64,000 nucleotides of DNA, taken from Alphaproteobacteria bacterium. GTDB lineage: Bacteria > Pseudomonadota > Alphaproteobacteria > Rickettsiales > SXRF01. Location: positions 2,033 through 66,032 of the forward strand of contig JANYBV010000057.1 in assembly GCA_025360605.1 (NCBI GenBank), written 5' to 3'. Positions 8,930-20,600 of this stretch are shown piece by piece. The notes below the pieces were generated by a model. That model worked only from the letters and a program-made list of their open reading frames with translations, was not told where the DNA came from and did no database searches. Both the position numbers and the translations under genes were made by a program. How positions within the stretch are numbered: the first letter of the stretch is position 1; every line of letters begins with the position of its first letter.

Positions 8930-10747
8930 ATGAACAACGATTTTCTCTTTAGTGTGTTTGTGTTTCTCGCGGCGGCGTGCATCGTTGTGCCGTTGGCTAG
9001 CCGTGTGCGCATGGGGTCGGTTCTGGGGTATCTGGCGGCGGGGGTGCTGGTCGGGCCGTATGGGTTCCGGTTGATCGGTAATGCCGAGCAGGTGATGCAT
9101 TTTGCCGAGTTCGGTGTGGTGATGATGCTGTTTGTCATCGGGCTTGAACTGGAACCGGTCATGCTGTGGCGGATGCGTAAATCCATCGTCGGGCTCGGCG
9201 GGTTGCAGGTGGCGGTTACGAGTGTGGCATTTGCAGCCGTTGGAACTGCGCTTGGTTTTAGCTGGCAGGTGAGTCTGGTGGTGGGCATGGCGCTGTCGCT
9301 GTCGTCGACGGCGTTGGTGTTACAGATGCTGAACGAAAAAAATCTGATGAACACGCATGTGGGTGAAACCTCGTTTTCCGTCCTGTTGTTTCAGGACATT
9401 GCCGTCATTCCGATTCTGGTGATCATTCCGCTGCTGGCTGTGGAAGGGCAGGTGCCTGTGGCTTCTTCACACGACATGTTCTCGGGCATGTCGGGCTGGG
9501 CGCACGCGCTGCTGGTGGCGCTGGTGATCGGGATGGTGGTGGCACTGGGGCGGTATTTTTCGCGGTACCTGTTTCATTTTATTGCCAAGACCAACCTGCG
9601 GGAAATTTTCACCGCTACATCGCTGATGCTGGTGGTGGGGATTACGCTGCTGATGCAGCTGGTGGGGGTGTCGCCGGCGCTGGGGGCGTTCGTGGCGGGG
9701 CTGGTGCTTGCCAATTCGCAGTATAAACACACGCTCGAAACCGATATCGAGCCGTTCAAGGGATTACTGCTGGGGTTGTTTTTTATCTCGGTGGGCATGG
9801 GCATGAACTTCACCCTGTTCGCGCAACAACCGGTGACGCTGATGGCGGCGCTGGCCATTGTGATTGCCGTGAAAGCCATGATCTTATTCACCCTTGGCCG
9901 CTGGTTCAAAATCGGGGCCATGCATAATATCGGCTTTGCGTTCGCGCTGTCGCAGGGCGGGGAATTCGCCTTCGTGCTGTTCCAGTTTTCCGGTGCGCTG
10001 AATATTCTCTCGGCTCAGCAGGTGGCGTTTTTAACGCTGCTGGTGGCGCTGTCGATTGTGTCCACGCCGATTCTGATGTTTTTCTATTCGCGTTATATCA
10101 CACCGCGTTTCATGAGTCTGCTGCCGGACCATGCCTATGATGTCATCGAGGAAAAAAATCCAATTATTCTTGCAGGATTTGGCCGCTTCGGCCAGATCAT
10201 CGGGCGGTTCATTGGCGGGCAGGGAATTAAACTGACCGTGCTTGAAAATAATCCCGACCAGATCGAGATGCTGCGCAAGTTCGGTTTCAAAGGCTATTTC
10301 GGTGATGCCTCGCGGCTTGACCTGTTGCATAGTGCCGGTGCTGCGCAGGCACGTATACTGGTGGTGGCGGTGGATGATGCGGATGTGTGCCTGAAAATTG
10401 TCACGCTCGCACGCGAGAATTTCCCACACCTTAAAATATTTGCCCGTGCGCGCAACCGCCGCCATGCCTATGAGCTGCACAAAGCAGGTGTTGATTATTT
10501 CAAACGCGAAACATTTGACTCTTCGCTTGCCATGGCACAGGAAATTATGGTGACTCTCGGCTTTAGAGAGTCAGATATGAACTATAAAGCCTCACGATTT
10601 TTACGCCATGATGAGTCGGTGCTACGTAAATCGTTTGAGTTTTTTGACAGCGAGCCTGATCTCATTAGTTTTGCGCGCCAGTCACGCGGCGAACTGGAGC
10701 GTATTTTACAGGAAGACAGTGTCAGTAATGATGAAAAAGTGGCTTGA
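8930..10747 (+). CDS. kefC: CPA2-family K+ efflux antiporter with KTN domain (KefB/KefC-like)
   Basis: LSSTA, LLFQD, DIEPFKGLLLGLFF, QGGEFAFV, GFGRFGQ. Confidence 0.85.
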   Translation: MNNDFLFSVFVFLAAACIVVPLASRVRMGSVLGYLAAGVLVGPYGFRLIGNAEQVMHFAEFGVVMMLFVIGLELEPVMLWRMRKSIVGLGGLQVAVTSVAFAAVGTALGFSWQVSLVVGMALSLSSTALVLQMLNEKNLMNTHVGETSFSVLLFQDIAVIPILVIIPLLAVEGQVPVASSHDMFSGMSGWAHALLVALVIGMVVALGRYFSRYLFHFIAKTNLREIFTATSLMLVVGITLLMQLVGVSPALGAFVAGLVLANSQYKHTLETDIEPFKGLLLGLFFISVGMGMNFTLFAQQPVTLMAALAIVIAVKAMILFTLGRWFKIGAMHNIGFAFALSQGGEFAFVLFQFSGALNILSAQQVAFLTLLVALSIVSTPILMFFYSRYITPRFMSLLPDHAYDVIEEKNPIILAGFGRFGQIIGRFIGGQGIKLTVLENNPDQIEMLRKFGFKGYFGDASRLDLLHSAGAAQARILVVAVDDADVCLKIVTLARENFPHLKIFARARNRRHAYELHKAGVDYFKRETFDSSLAMAQEIMVTLGFRESDMNYKASRFLRHDESVLRKSFEFFDSEPDLISFARQSRGELERILQEDSVSNDEKVA

Positions 10748-10816
10748 GCCAAGTTGCATTTTGACAATCATGGCCTGCATGATAAGCTGCCAAAAAATAA
10801 TACAAGGTGAAAAACT

Positions 10817-11038
10817 ATGGAAATCAAAGTCAAAGACAGTAACGGCGCAACGCTGGCCGAAGGCGATAGCGTGCAGGTGATAAAAGACCTGAAGGTAAAA
10901 GGTACCTCGGTGACGCTGAAGCGCGGCACGGTCATCAAGAATATTCATCTGACTGATGACGAAGAGAATATCGAGTGTAATGCCGAAAAAGTAAAAGGTT
11001 TGGTGCTCAAAACCTGCTTCCTGAAAAAAGTCAGCTAA
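10817..11038 (+). CDS. PhnA/YjdM C-terminal domain protein
   Basis: DSNG..L.EGDSV..IKDLKVKG....LKRGT..KNI.L; no N-terminal Zn ribbon. Confidence 0.85.
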   Translation: MEIKVKDSNGATLAEGDSVQVIKDLKVKGTSVTLKRGTVIKNIHLTDDEENIECNAEKVKGLVLKTCFLKKVS

Positions 11039-11106
11039 CTTTATTCTTTTGAGGTGATCTCCATGCTGCAAAGGAATTTTGGCAATCTAGGCATAATTCG
11101 GTCTGT

Positions 11107-11757
11107 ATGATAAATTCACTGATAGTCCGGCCAAGGCTTTTAATTGCGACGGTGGTTGGCGTGGCATCGTGGTTTGTATTGCCTGAACATATGCGCGAGG
11201 CTACGCGCCTTCTTGTTGCGTGGGATTTCGGCACCGCATTGTATATTATTCTCGTCGCGCTGATGATTATGCAATCCACCACGGAAAAAATACGCTGCCG
11301 CGCTGCTGCACAGGACGAAGGGCAAATACTTATTCTGATGCTTACCATCTTTACCGGTATCGCAAGTTTGGCGGCGATTGTGGTGGAGCTTTCCACCGCG
11401 AAGGAACTGCACGGGATTCTACGCACGATCCATATCGGATTGGCGGGAGTGACGGTGTTTTTGTCGTGGACATTTATGCAAACCATGTTCGCGTTGCACT
11501 ATGCCCATGAATTTTACATGGAAGAGAATGGAAAAATTGTCGAGGGACTCGAATTTCCCGCCGGCTGCCACACACCGGATTACTGGGATTTTATCTATTT
11601 TTCCTATGTGATTGGCACGGCTGCCGCGACGGCGGATATTAATGTTACGTCAAGCCTGATGCGTAGAATTGTTACCCTGCATTGCATGGTTTCTTTTTTC
11701 TTCAATACAACGGTTCTGGCCTTGACCGTCAATATTGGTGCAAGTTTGTTTGGGTAA
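11107..11757 (+). CDS. DUF1345-family membrane protein
   Basis: FALHYAHEFY, PDYWDFIYFS, SFFFNT..LAL.VN. Confidence 0.9.
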   Translation: MINSLIVRPRLLIATVVGVASWFVLPEHMREATRLLVAWDFGTALYIILVALMIMQSTTEKIRCRAAAQDEGQILILMLTIFTGIASLAAIVVELSTAKELHGILRTIHIGLAGVTVFLSWTFMQTMFALHYAHEFYMEENGKIVEGLEFPAGCHTPDYWDFIYFSYVIGTAAATADINVTSSLMRRIVTLHCMVSFFFNTTVLALTVNIGASLFG

Positions 11758-11761
11758 ACGT

Positions 11762-12676
11762 ATGATGAAATACCTGATGCTAGGAATGCTTGGTGTTGTC
11801 GTATCAGCCAATGCGGCGGGCGCTAGTGAACGGCATGTTATTATGTGGGAAGGGCAGAAGCGCTCCTATGAGATGGTTATCCCTGACCACGCAAAGCGTC
11901 TGCCGCTGGTGATTTTGTTGCATGGGCACCATATTAATCCCGAAATTATCTTAAAAGCGGGAAATTTCCCCTTCCTAGCCTTCAGGGAGCCTTTTGTGCT
12001 TGTGGCTCCTGAAGGAATGAACCGTACATGGAATGACGGACGTTCGGTGATGGAGGATGGGCAACCACCATCAACGGCCGATGATGTTGGATTTATTATT
12101 AAAATCATTGAATTGCTTGATAGTAGCCGCTCTCTTATTAATCCAAAGCGAATCTATGTTGTTGGTGTTTCCAATGGCGGGCTCATGACACTGAGGTTAG
12201 CGTGCGAACGTCCGGATGTATTTGCTGCCGCGGCGGTTGTGAGCGCTACTATGCCCGAAGCACTCCCTCATCATTGCCGTGCCAAACCCATATCGATCTT
12301 GTTTATGCTTGGTACCGAAGATCCTATAATACCGTGGCATGGCGGGGATATCATGAAAGGCAATAAAGTCGATCCCATGCTATCGGGACCTGATACCGTG
12401 GCGTGGTGGGTAAAACATAACAATTGCAATGAGCGGGTTGTTTATGATGTGCCACACATTGAAGATGACGATGATACGACTGTTACACATATATTCTATA
12501 AAGATTGTGCGGACTCTAAGTCTGTCGAATTTTATCGTATCAATGGTGGGGGGCATGAATGGCCGCAGTTTGGCACGCAAAGACGCATGGCTTTGCCTAA
12601 AGTCTCTGCGCATGGCAAAGTGAACGGCGATATTGATCCAGCGGAAGTGATATGGGCCTTCTTTAAGCGCCAGTAG
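11762..12676 (+). CDS. Secreted alpha/beta-hydrolase esterase (PHB depolymerase/LpqC-like)
   Basis: Signal peptide, LHG, DDVGFI, GVSNGG nucleophile, GTEDP, GGGHEWP. Confidence 0.85.
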   Translation: MMKYLMLGMLGVVVSANAAGASERHVIMWEGQKRSYEMVIPDHAKRLPLVILLHGHHINPEIILKAGNFPFLAFREPFVLVAPEGMNRTWNDGRSVMEDGQPPSTADDVGFIIKIIELLDSSRSLINPKRIYVVGVSNGGLMTLRLACERPDVFAAAAVVSATMPEALPHHCRAKPISILFMLGTEDPIIPWHGGDIMKGNKVDPMLSGPDTVAWWVKHNNCNERVVYDVPHIEDDDDTTVTHIFYKDCADSKSVEFYRINGGGHEWPQFGTQRRMALPKVSAHGKVNGDIDPAEVIWAFFKRQ

Positions 12677-12680
12677 ACGA

Positions 12681-13229
12681 ATGAGTAAAGCCTTTATGAA
12701 AGAGACGGATAATGATGATGAGGCAGATGAAATCGAATCATCATCAGTAGCTCTTAAAAATTATATGACCCCATCCGGCTTTGCTGCGTTACAGGCAGAG
12801 CTTAAACATCTGCAACGGGAAGAACGTCCCAAGGTGGTTGAAATTGTAGCATGGGCGGCGGGTAATGGCGACCGTTCGGAAAATGGGGATTATATTTACG
12901 GTAAAAAACGCCTGCGGGAAATTGACCGCCGCCTGCGCTATCTGGGTAAAGCGCTAAGAACTGCGGAACTGGTGGATCCCAAGCGTCAGCAGGGATTGGA
13001 CAAAGTATTCTTTGGTGCCACCGTGACCTACGCCACATCCGATGGTACAGAACATAGGGTGATGTTGGTGGGTTTAGATGAGGCGGACTTAAAACAAAGT
13101 AAAATCAGCTGGATATCGCCTATTGCCAAGGCGTTGATGAAATCGCAGGTGGGGGATGTGGTGGAGTTTCGCACTCCTTCAGGGAGTGAAACGCTGGAGG
13201 TATTACATATCAAATATAAGTTGGATTGA
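12681..13229 (+). CDS. greB: Transcription elongation factor GreB
   Basis: WAAGNGDRSENGDYIYGKKRLREIDRR, ISWISP. Confidence 0.95.
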   Translation: MSKAFMKETDNDDEADEIESSSVALKNYMTPSGFAALQAELKHLQREERPKVVEIVAWAAGNGDRSENGDYIYGKKRLREIDRRLRYLGKALRTAELVDPKRQQGLDKVFFGATVTYATSDGTEHRVMLVGLDEADLKQSKISWISPIAKALMKSQVGDVVEFRTPSGSETLEVLHIKYKLD

Positions 13230-13310
13230 TTTCGTATAATTGTTGCCCTCTTACCGTAAAATCCAGTATACTCAGCCGCGTTTTATAAAAATTACAATAA
13301 TTATTTCAAT

Positions 13311-14558
13311 ATGATAAAGTTTAGGCAACCTGCTCGCTCTTCCTATCTCATAACACTACGCTCCTTCTCACACTGGCTGAAACGCAAGCCTTTGGTTATG
13401 GCTGCTGTCGTTGCTGGTTTGGGGTACTGGCTTTTTTTTGCTGGCGGCAGTGGCAAGGACCACAAAAAGCAGGATATACCCGTCACTATTGCGAAAGCGG
13501 TGCAAAAAGAGGTGCCAGTCTATCTTGATACGCTAGGAACGGTGCAGGCCTATAACACTGTAACGTTACACTCGCAGATTGATGGTCGTCTGGAATCGGT
13601 ATTGTTTCAGGAAGGTCAGGACGTACATGTCGGTGATGTGCTGGCGAAAATTGATCCGCGCACGTATCAGGCGCAATACGATCAGGCGATGGCTAACAAG
13701 GCCAAAGATCAGGCGCTGCTGGATAATGCGAACCGCGATCTGAACCGTTACCAGACATTGGGCAAAAGCGTATCCGACCAGACGAGAGATACCCAGCATT
13801 CCACCGTTCACCAGCTGGAAGCTGTCGTGGCGGCAGATCAGGCGGCGGTTGATAATGCCAAGGCACTGCTAAGCTACACCGTGATTAGCGCTCCGATTGA
13901 CGGGCGCACAGGGATTCGTCAGGTAGATGCAGGCAATATTGTCCGTGCGGGTGATGCAAATGGGTTGGTGGTGCTGACGCAATTGCAGCCTATTTCCGTA
14001 GTATTTAGTTTGCCGCAACAAAACCTTCCTGTCATCAACGAGCAGATTAATGCCGGAAAAATACTCAAGGTGATGGCGATGGATGCCGACAACCGTGAGG
14101 CGGTCGATAACGGAACCCTTGATCTGGTAGATAACCAGATTGACCAGAACACCGGTACCATCCGCCTGAAATCCACATTCCCGAATGCGAAGCGTTCGTT
14201 GTGGCCGGGTGGATTTGTGAATGTGCGTTTGCTGGTAACAGTGCGCGAACATGCGGTGGTGATACCAGCATCAGCGGTGCAGCGCGGCCCAAAAAACACG
14301 TATGTATTTTTGTATAAAGCGGAAGACAACACCGTGTCGATCAAACCCGTCAAGGTTGCGATGATGCAGGATCAGGATGCTGTGATCGATGAAGGCATCG
14401 CTGAAGGCGATCAGGTGGTGACGGACGGTATTGCCAAGCTTCAGGAAGGCTCACATGTCAGCCTGCCCGAAGTTAAAAGCAACGAGACAAAAGATGCGCC
14501 TAAAGAAGGCAGCAAAGAGGAAGAGAAAAAACCTAAATCTCATCCTAAAAAAGGATAG
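13311..14558 (+). CDS. mdtA: RND periplasmic adaptor MdtA-like
   Basis: LGTVQA, FQEGQ.V..GD.LA.IDPR, APIDGRTG, DNQIDQ.TGTIRLK, LWPG.FVNVRL. Confidence 0.88.
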   Translation: MIKFRQPARSSYLITLRSFSHWLKRKPLVMAAVVAGLGYWLFFAGGSGKDHKKQDIPVTIAKAVQKEVPVYLDTLGTVQAYNTVTLHSQIDGRLESVLFQEGQDVHVGDVLAKIDPRTYQAQYDQAMANKAKDQALLDNANRDLNRYQTLGKSVSDQTRDTQHSTVHQLEAVVAADQAAVDNAKALLSYTVISAPIDGRTGIRQVDAGNIVRAGDANGLVVLTQLQPISVVFSLPQQNLPVINEQINAGKILKVMAMDADNREAVDNGTLDLVDNQIDQNTGTIRLKSTFPNAKRSLWPGGFVNVRLLVTVREHAVVIPASAVQRGPKNTYVFLYKAEDNTVSIKPVKVAMMQDQDAVIDEGIAEGDQVVTDGIAKLQEGSHVSLPEVKSNETKDAPKEGSKEEEKKPKSHPKKG

Positions 14559-14565
14559 AAAAACC

Positions 14566-17500
14566 ATGAACGTCTCCGCACCGTTCATTGCCCGTCCGGT
14601 TGCAACGTGGCTTCTGGCTATTGCCCTGATGCTGACGGGGATTTTGGGATACAGCAACCTTCCGGTATCTGCGTTGCCACAGGTGGACTTCCCTACCATT
14701 CAGGTAACAACCCAGTTGCCAGGGGCAAGCGCCGAGACCATGGCATCGCTGGTGACGACTCCGCTGGAGCGGCAATTCGGGCTTATCGCCGGACTGAGTT
14801 CCATGCTTTCAACCAGCTCGGAAGGCCTGAGTGCGATTACGCTGCAGTTCGACCTAAGCAAAAATATCGACGTGGCTTCCGAGGATGTGCAGGCGGCGAT
14901 TAACGCGGCTAAAGGCGTGTTGCCGGTGAATCTTCCTTATCCACCGGCCTACTCTAAAGTGAATCCTGCCGACCCACCGGTGATGACTCTTTCCCTCACC
15001 TCGGAAACCCTGCCTATGACCACCGTCAACGACATCGCCGATACGCTTCTGGCGCAGAAGCTGTCGCAGGTGACAGGGGTCGGGCGTGTGCTGACTGAAG
15101 GTGGGCAGCGCCCTGCGTACCGCGTGCAGATTGATCCGGCGCGGCTTTCGGCGTATAACATCAGCATCGAAGATGTCCGCAATGTGCTGGCCAAAGCCAA
15201 CGTGAATTTTCCCAAAGGCAGTTTTGACGGGCCGCTGCAATCGCTGACGCTGGGGGTTAATGACCAGATTGACAGCGCCGATACGTTCCGTTCGCTGGTG
15301 ATCGCCACGCATAACGGCAATGTGGTGCGCGTGCGTGATGTTGGCGACGTGGTCGAAAGCGTCGAGAATATCAAAGTGGGTGGTTGGGTGGCGGGTAAAC
15401 CCGCTGTCATTGTCGATATCCAGAAACAACCCGGTGCCAATATTGTCGCGACCGTGGAGCGCATCAAGCAGGCATTACCACAGCTGGTCAGTTCTATTCC
15501 CTCAGGCATCAAGCTGGATATCCTTGCCGACCGCACCGAGACGATACGCTCTTCCGTAGCCGACGTGCAGTTCACGCTGGTGCTGACAATTGTGCTGGTG
15601 ATTGGTGTGATTTACCTGTTTTTACGTTCGCCGCGTGCGACGTTTATTCCGGGGGTGGCGTTACCGCTGTCACTGATAGGCACCTGCGGCATCATGTATT
15701 TATCCGGCTTCAGCCTTGATAATCTGTCGCTGATGGCGCTAACGATTGCATCGGGTTTTGTGGTGGATGATGCGATTGTGATGATTGAAAATATTGTCCG
15801 CTATATTGAAAAGGGTGAAAAACCCATGGATGCGGCGTTCAAGGGCGCGAAGGAAATTGGCTTTACGGTGATATCGCTGACCATATCCTTGGTGGCAGTG
15901 TTTATTCCGTTGCTGTTCATGTCGGGGATTGTTGGAAGATTGTTCCGCGAGTTTGCGCTGACGCTGACCATTGCCGTGCTGGTGTCGATGGTGGTGTCGC
16001 TGACGCTTACGCCGATGATGTGCGGGCATATGTTGCGTGCGGGCACGTTACGTCACGAAGAACATGAGGACGATCTGTTTTCGCGCGTGCGCCGCTGGTA
16101 TGAAAAAACGCTGAGGTGGGTGTTGCGCCATCAGCGCGCCACCTTATGGGTGGTGCTGGCGACCTTTGTGCTGACCGTGGTGTTGTATGTGGTGGCTCCC
16201 AAGGGATTCCTGCCGCAACAGGATACCGGACAGATTATCGCCACGACCGATGCGGCAGAAACGGTTTCCTTTCCCGAGATGAGCCGCTTGCAACACAAGG
16301 TGGCGGAGATTATTCAGGCTGACGAAGACGTGTCGGGTGTGGCTTCCTTCCTTGGGGTAGGCACCATCAACATCACGCCCAACAGCGGGCACATCACGAT
16401 TGTGCTTAAACCCCGTAAACAGCGTGTTTCGGCGCAGCAGGTGGCGGCACGACTGACACAGAAGCTTTCGCAGGTGGTGGGTATTTCCGTGCATATGCAA
16501 CCGGCGCAGGACATTCAGATAGGCGCGCGCGTCAGCCGTACACAATATCAATATACACTCACCGATCTGGATGCGGTGGAGCTTTCGCAGTGGACGGAGC
16601 GTGTGCTTGCTAAAATAAAAACGCTGCCCATGATTACCGATGTCGCCACCGACCAGCAGGAAAGCGGATTAAAAGCGGATATCCAGATCGACCGTGATCA
16701 GGCTTCACGCCTCGGGATTTCCACGCAGGCGATTGACGACACGTTGTATGATGCGTTTGGCCAGCGGCAGATTTCTACCGTCTACACACAGGTCAACCAG
16801 TATCATGTCATCATTGAAGTGGCTCCGAATTTCCAGCGTGATCCGGCGTCGCTGTCCAGCCTGTATGTGCGTTCGGCGAATGGTATGCTGGTGCCGATTG
16901 GCTCATTTGCTATGGTTCGTTTCCTGCCCGCACCGCTGACGGTTACCCATCAAGGGCAGTTTCCGCAGGTGACGTTAAGCTTCAATCTGGCGGCAGGAGC
17001 CAGCCTTGGCAGCGCGATTGACGCGATCGACCGCGCACAGGCAGAGCTGGGTATGCCTGATACGATTGCCGGAAATTACAGTGGTGATGCGGCGGAATTT
17101 CGCCTGTCGCTGGCGAGCGAGCCTTTGCTGATTTTTGCTGCCATTCTGGTTATCTACATCGTGCTGGGAGTGCTGTACGAAAGCACCATTCATCCGCTCA
17201 CGATTTTATCTACGCTGCCATCGGCAGGTATAGGTGCATTGCTGGCATTGATTGTTACGGGCAATGATTTATCGCTGGTGGCGCTGGTGGGCATTTTATT
17301 GCTGATGGGTATCGTCAAGAAAAACGCGATCATGATGATCGACTTTGCCCTTCAGGCCGAACGTGACGAGGGCCTGTCGCCAACGGATGCGATTTTTAAA
17401 GCCTGCCTGTTGCGTTTCCGTCCGATCATGATGACGACCATGGCGGCATTGCTGGGCGCGGTGCCGCTGGCGTTTGACCATGGTATCGGTTCGGAATTGC

Positions 17501-17652
17501 GCCGTCCGCTGGGTATTTCCATTGTGGGTGGACTGGTGTTGTCGCAGATGCTGACGCTTTACACCACGCCAGTGATCTATCTGGCGATGGAACGCCTGAA
17601 GCAACGCTTTGCCCCTACGCCGCCGCAACATGCGCAGGAGCTGCCTTCATGA
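14566..17652 (+). CDS. mdtB: RND permease MdtB-like
   Basis: LPVSALPQVDFPTIQV, GFVVDDAIVMIENI, GIVKKNAIMMIDF, RFRPIMMTT; start at MNVSAPF. Confidence 0.9.
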   Translation: MNVSAPFIARPVATWLLAIALMLTGILGYSNLPVSALPQVDFPTIQVTTQLPGASAETMASLVTTPLERQFGLIAGLSSMLSTSSEGLSAITLQFDLSKNIDVASEDVQAAINAAKGVLPVNLPYPPAYSKVNPADPPVMTLSLTSETLPMTTVNDIADTLLAQKLSQVTGVGRVLTEGGQRPAYRVQIDPARLSAYNISIEDVRNVLAKANVNFPKGSFDGPLQSLTLGVNDQIDSADTFRSLVIATHNGNVVRVRDVGDVVESVENIKVGGWVAGKPAVIVDIQKQPGANIVATVERIKQALPQLVSSIPSGIKLDILADRTETIRSSVADVQFTLVLTIVLVIGVIYLFLRSPRATFIPGVALPLSLIGTCGIMYLSGFSLDNLSLMALTIASGFVVDDAIVMIENIVRYIEKGEKPMDAAFKGAKEIGFTVISLTISLVAVFIPLLFMSGIVGRLFREFALTLTIAVLVSMVVSLTLTPMMCGHMLRAGTLRHEEHEDDLFSRVRRWYEKTLRWVLRHQRATLWVVLATFVLTVVLYVVAPKGFLPQQDTGQIIATTDAAETVSFPEMSRLQHKVAEIIQADEDVSGVASFLGVGTINITPNSGHITIVLKPRKQRVSAQQVAARLTQKLSQVVGISVHMQPAQDIQIGARVSRTQYQYTLTDLDAVELSQWTERVLAKIKTLPMITDVATDQQESGLKADIQIDRDQASRLGISTQAIDDTLYDAFGQRQISTVYTQVNQYHVIIEVAPNFQRDPASLSSLYVRSANGMLVPIGSFAMVRFLPAPLTVTHQGQFPQVTLSFNLAAGASLGSAIDAIDRAQAELGMPDTIAGNYSGDAAEFRLSLASEPLLIFAAILVIYIVLGVLYESTIHPLTILSTLPSAGIGALLALIVTGNDLSLVALVGILLLMGIVKKNAIMMIDFALQAERDEGLSPTDAIFKACLLRFRPIMMTTMAALLGAVPLAFDHGIGSELRRPLGISIVGGLVLSQMLTLYTTPVIYLAMERLKQRFAPTPPQHAQELPS

Positions 17653-20600
17653 GCCTGTCCGAACTGTTTATCCGCCGTCCGGTGGGGACAACATTGTTGG
17701 CGCTGGGGATTTTTTTAAGTGGTGCGATGGCGTTTATGTATTTGCCGGTAGCGCCGCTGCCGCGTGTTGATTTTCCTATCGTCAACGTATCTGCGAAACT
17801 ACCCGGGGCTGACCCGACCACCATGGCGGCGACGGTGGCGTCTCCCTTGGAGCGCCGGTTGGGGCAGATTGCTGGTGTGTCCGAACTTACTTCGGTCAGC
17901 ACGCAAGGCAACACCAACGTCACCGCCATGTTTGATTTTGATCGTGAGATTGAAGGGGCCGCGCGTGATGTGCAGGCGGCGATCAATACCTCGGGCACAG
18001 ATCTTCCGGTCGACCTGCCCAATCCGCCGACCTACCGTAAGCTGAATCCTTCCGACGCACCGATTCTGATTCTTGCCGTTACGTCCTCGGTGTTACCGCT
18101 CAGTAAACTCTATGATGCGAGTGATGCGATTCTGTCACAGCGTATTTCGCAGATTGAAGGCGTGGCGGATGTGACCGTCAACGGTGCGGATAAGCCCGCT
18201 GTGCGCGTTCAGGTCAATCCGCAGGCGCTGGCGGCGACAGGGCTTGATCTGGAAGATGTGCGCAGCATACTTTTCAAGGCCAATGTCGATCAGGCCAAGG
18301 GTGGATTCGAAGGCCTTTTGCAATCCAACATCATTGGCAGTAATGACCAGCTCACCAAAGCCTCGCAATATGCACCTCTGATCGTCAATAGCTCGGCAGG
18401 CAACGTGCTGCGGCTTTCCGATATCGCCATTGTCAGAGACAGCGTGGAAAATAACCGTCAGGGCGGTTGGTATAATCTTGGAAAGGCCGTTATTATTATC
18501 ATTCGCAAGCAGGCGGATGCGAACGTCATCGAAACGGTGGAGCGTATCAAATCCATCCTGCCGCAGCTGGAAGCGTGGATGCCTAAAGGTTCCACCCTGT
18601 CGATTCTGGCAGACCGCACACAGACCATTCGTGCCAGCGTGCATGATGTAGAAGTGACGTTGGTGATTTCGGTCATACTGGTGGTGTTGGTGGTGTTATT
18701 TGCGTTGGGGCGTTTTACGCCCACACTTGCAGCATGCATTACTGTGCCGCTGTCTTTGGCGGCAACGTTTAGTGTGATGTGGCTGCTGGGCTATAGCCTC
18801 GATAATATTTCGCTGATGGCGCTGACAGTGTCTGTCGGGTTTGTGGTGGATGATGCGATTGTGATGATCGAAAACATTACCCGCCATGTCGAGGCAGGCG
18901 ACCCACCGCTGGAAGCCGCGATCAAAGGAGCCAAGGAAATTAGTTTCACGGTTATTTCCATCAGCATTTCGCTGATTGCGGTGTTTATTCCGCTGCTGTT
19001 TATGGGTGGGATTATCGGGCGTATGTTCCGTGAATTTTCGGTAACGCTGTCCGTCGCGGTGGCGGTGTCACTTTTAATTTCCCTGACAGTCACACCCACT
19101 CTCTATGCGCACCTGATGGTGTGGCGGCGCAAACACGGGCATCCCACCAAGACTGTTGCCCACATGGGTGAACGGCTCTTTGATGCCATGCAGCGCGTGT
19201 ATGAAAAAGGGCTTACATGGGCTTTGGCGCGTGAACGTTTCATGCTGCTGGTGATGATGGCGACGATTGTACTCACCATCTTGATGTATTACGGCTCACC
19301 GAAAGGTTTTATCCCGCAGCAGGATACTGGCATGGTGATGGGCACCAGCGAAGCGCGCATTGATGTGTCGTCCAAGCAGATGATCAACAAGCAGATGGAA
19401 GCCAACGCCATTGTGCTGGCTGATCCGGCGGTAGAATCGCTGGCATCGTTTATTGGTGCAGGCCGTGGGCCGAACACGCAGAATCAGGGCAGCATGTTCA
19501 TTACTCTCAAGCCTTTGAAGGAACGTAAAATCAGCGCAGATGCGGTGATCGGTCGATTGCGCCCCAAGCTTGCCAAGGTTGAGGGGATTGATACCTTTTT
19601 ACAGGCGGCGCAGGATTTGCGGGCAGGTGGGCGGGCGAGTAAAGCGCAGTTCCAGTACACACTGTCGGATGAATCGCTCGACGAGTTGCGTATCTGGATG
19701 CCCAAACTGATCAAACGCCTGAAAGAAGAACCCGGAATTACCGATGTGTCGAGCGATCAGGACAGCGCCGGACAGCAACTGAACGTGGTGGTCGACCGCG
19801 ACAAGGCGGCACGTCTGGGTGTGTCCATGCAATCGGTGGATAATATCTTGCAAGATGCGTTTGCCCAGCGGCAGGTGTCGACGATTTACACCGAGCGCAA
19901 CCAGTATCATGTGGTGATGGAGCTGTTGCCGCAATATCTTGAAAATGAAAACGCACTCGACCATGTCTTTATCAAAAGCAGCAATGGTAAGTTAGTACGA
20001 TTAAATGAGATCGCCCATATGGAACCGGATGTCACGCCAGTGTCGGTGCTGCATCAGGGGCAGTTTCCGGCGGCCACCCTGACGTTTAATCTTCCTGCGG
20101 GGATGTCCCTCGGTGATGCGGTGGACCGCGTGAATGCGATTGCTCTGGAAATCGGAATGCCGCCTTCCATCCATGGTGGCTTTGCCGGTAACGCGAAGGC
20201 TTTTGCCGACAGCCTGAAAAATGAACCCATCCTCATCGGGGCGGGGTTGCTGTCCATTTATATTGTACTCGGGGTTCTGTATGAAAGTCTGCTGCACCCG
20301 CTGACTATTCTTTCCACGTTACCATCGGCGGGGATTGGCGCGTTGATTGCGCTGCGCTTTGCATCCAAGTTTGATACGACGGGGCGCTTCGACCTCAACA
20401 TCATCAGTGTGATCGGCATTATCCTGCTGATGGGGATTGTGAAAAAGAACGGTATTATTCTGGTGGATTTTGCTATCGAGGCCGAACGGCGTGAAAAGTT
20501 GACTCCGGCGCAATCGATTGCGCTGGCCTGCCATCACCGTTTCCGCCCGATCATGATGACGACTATGGCTGCCTTGCTGGGGGCGTTGCCGCTGGTAATG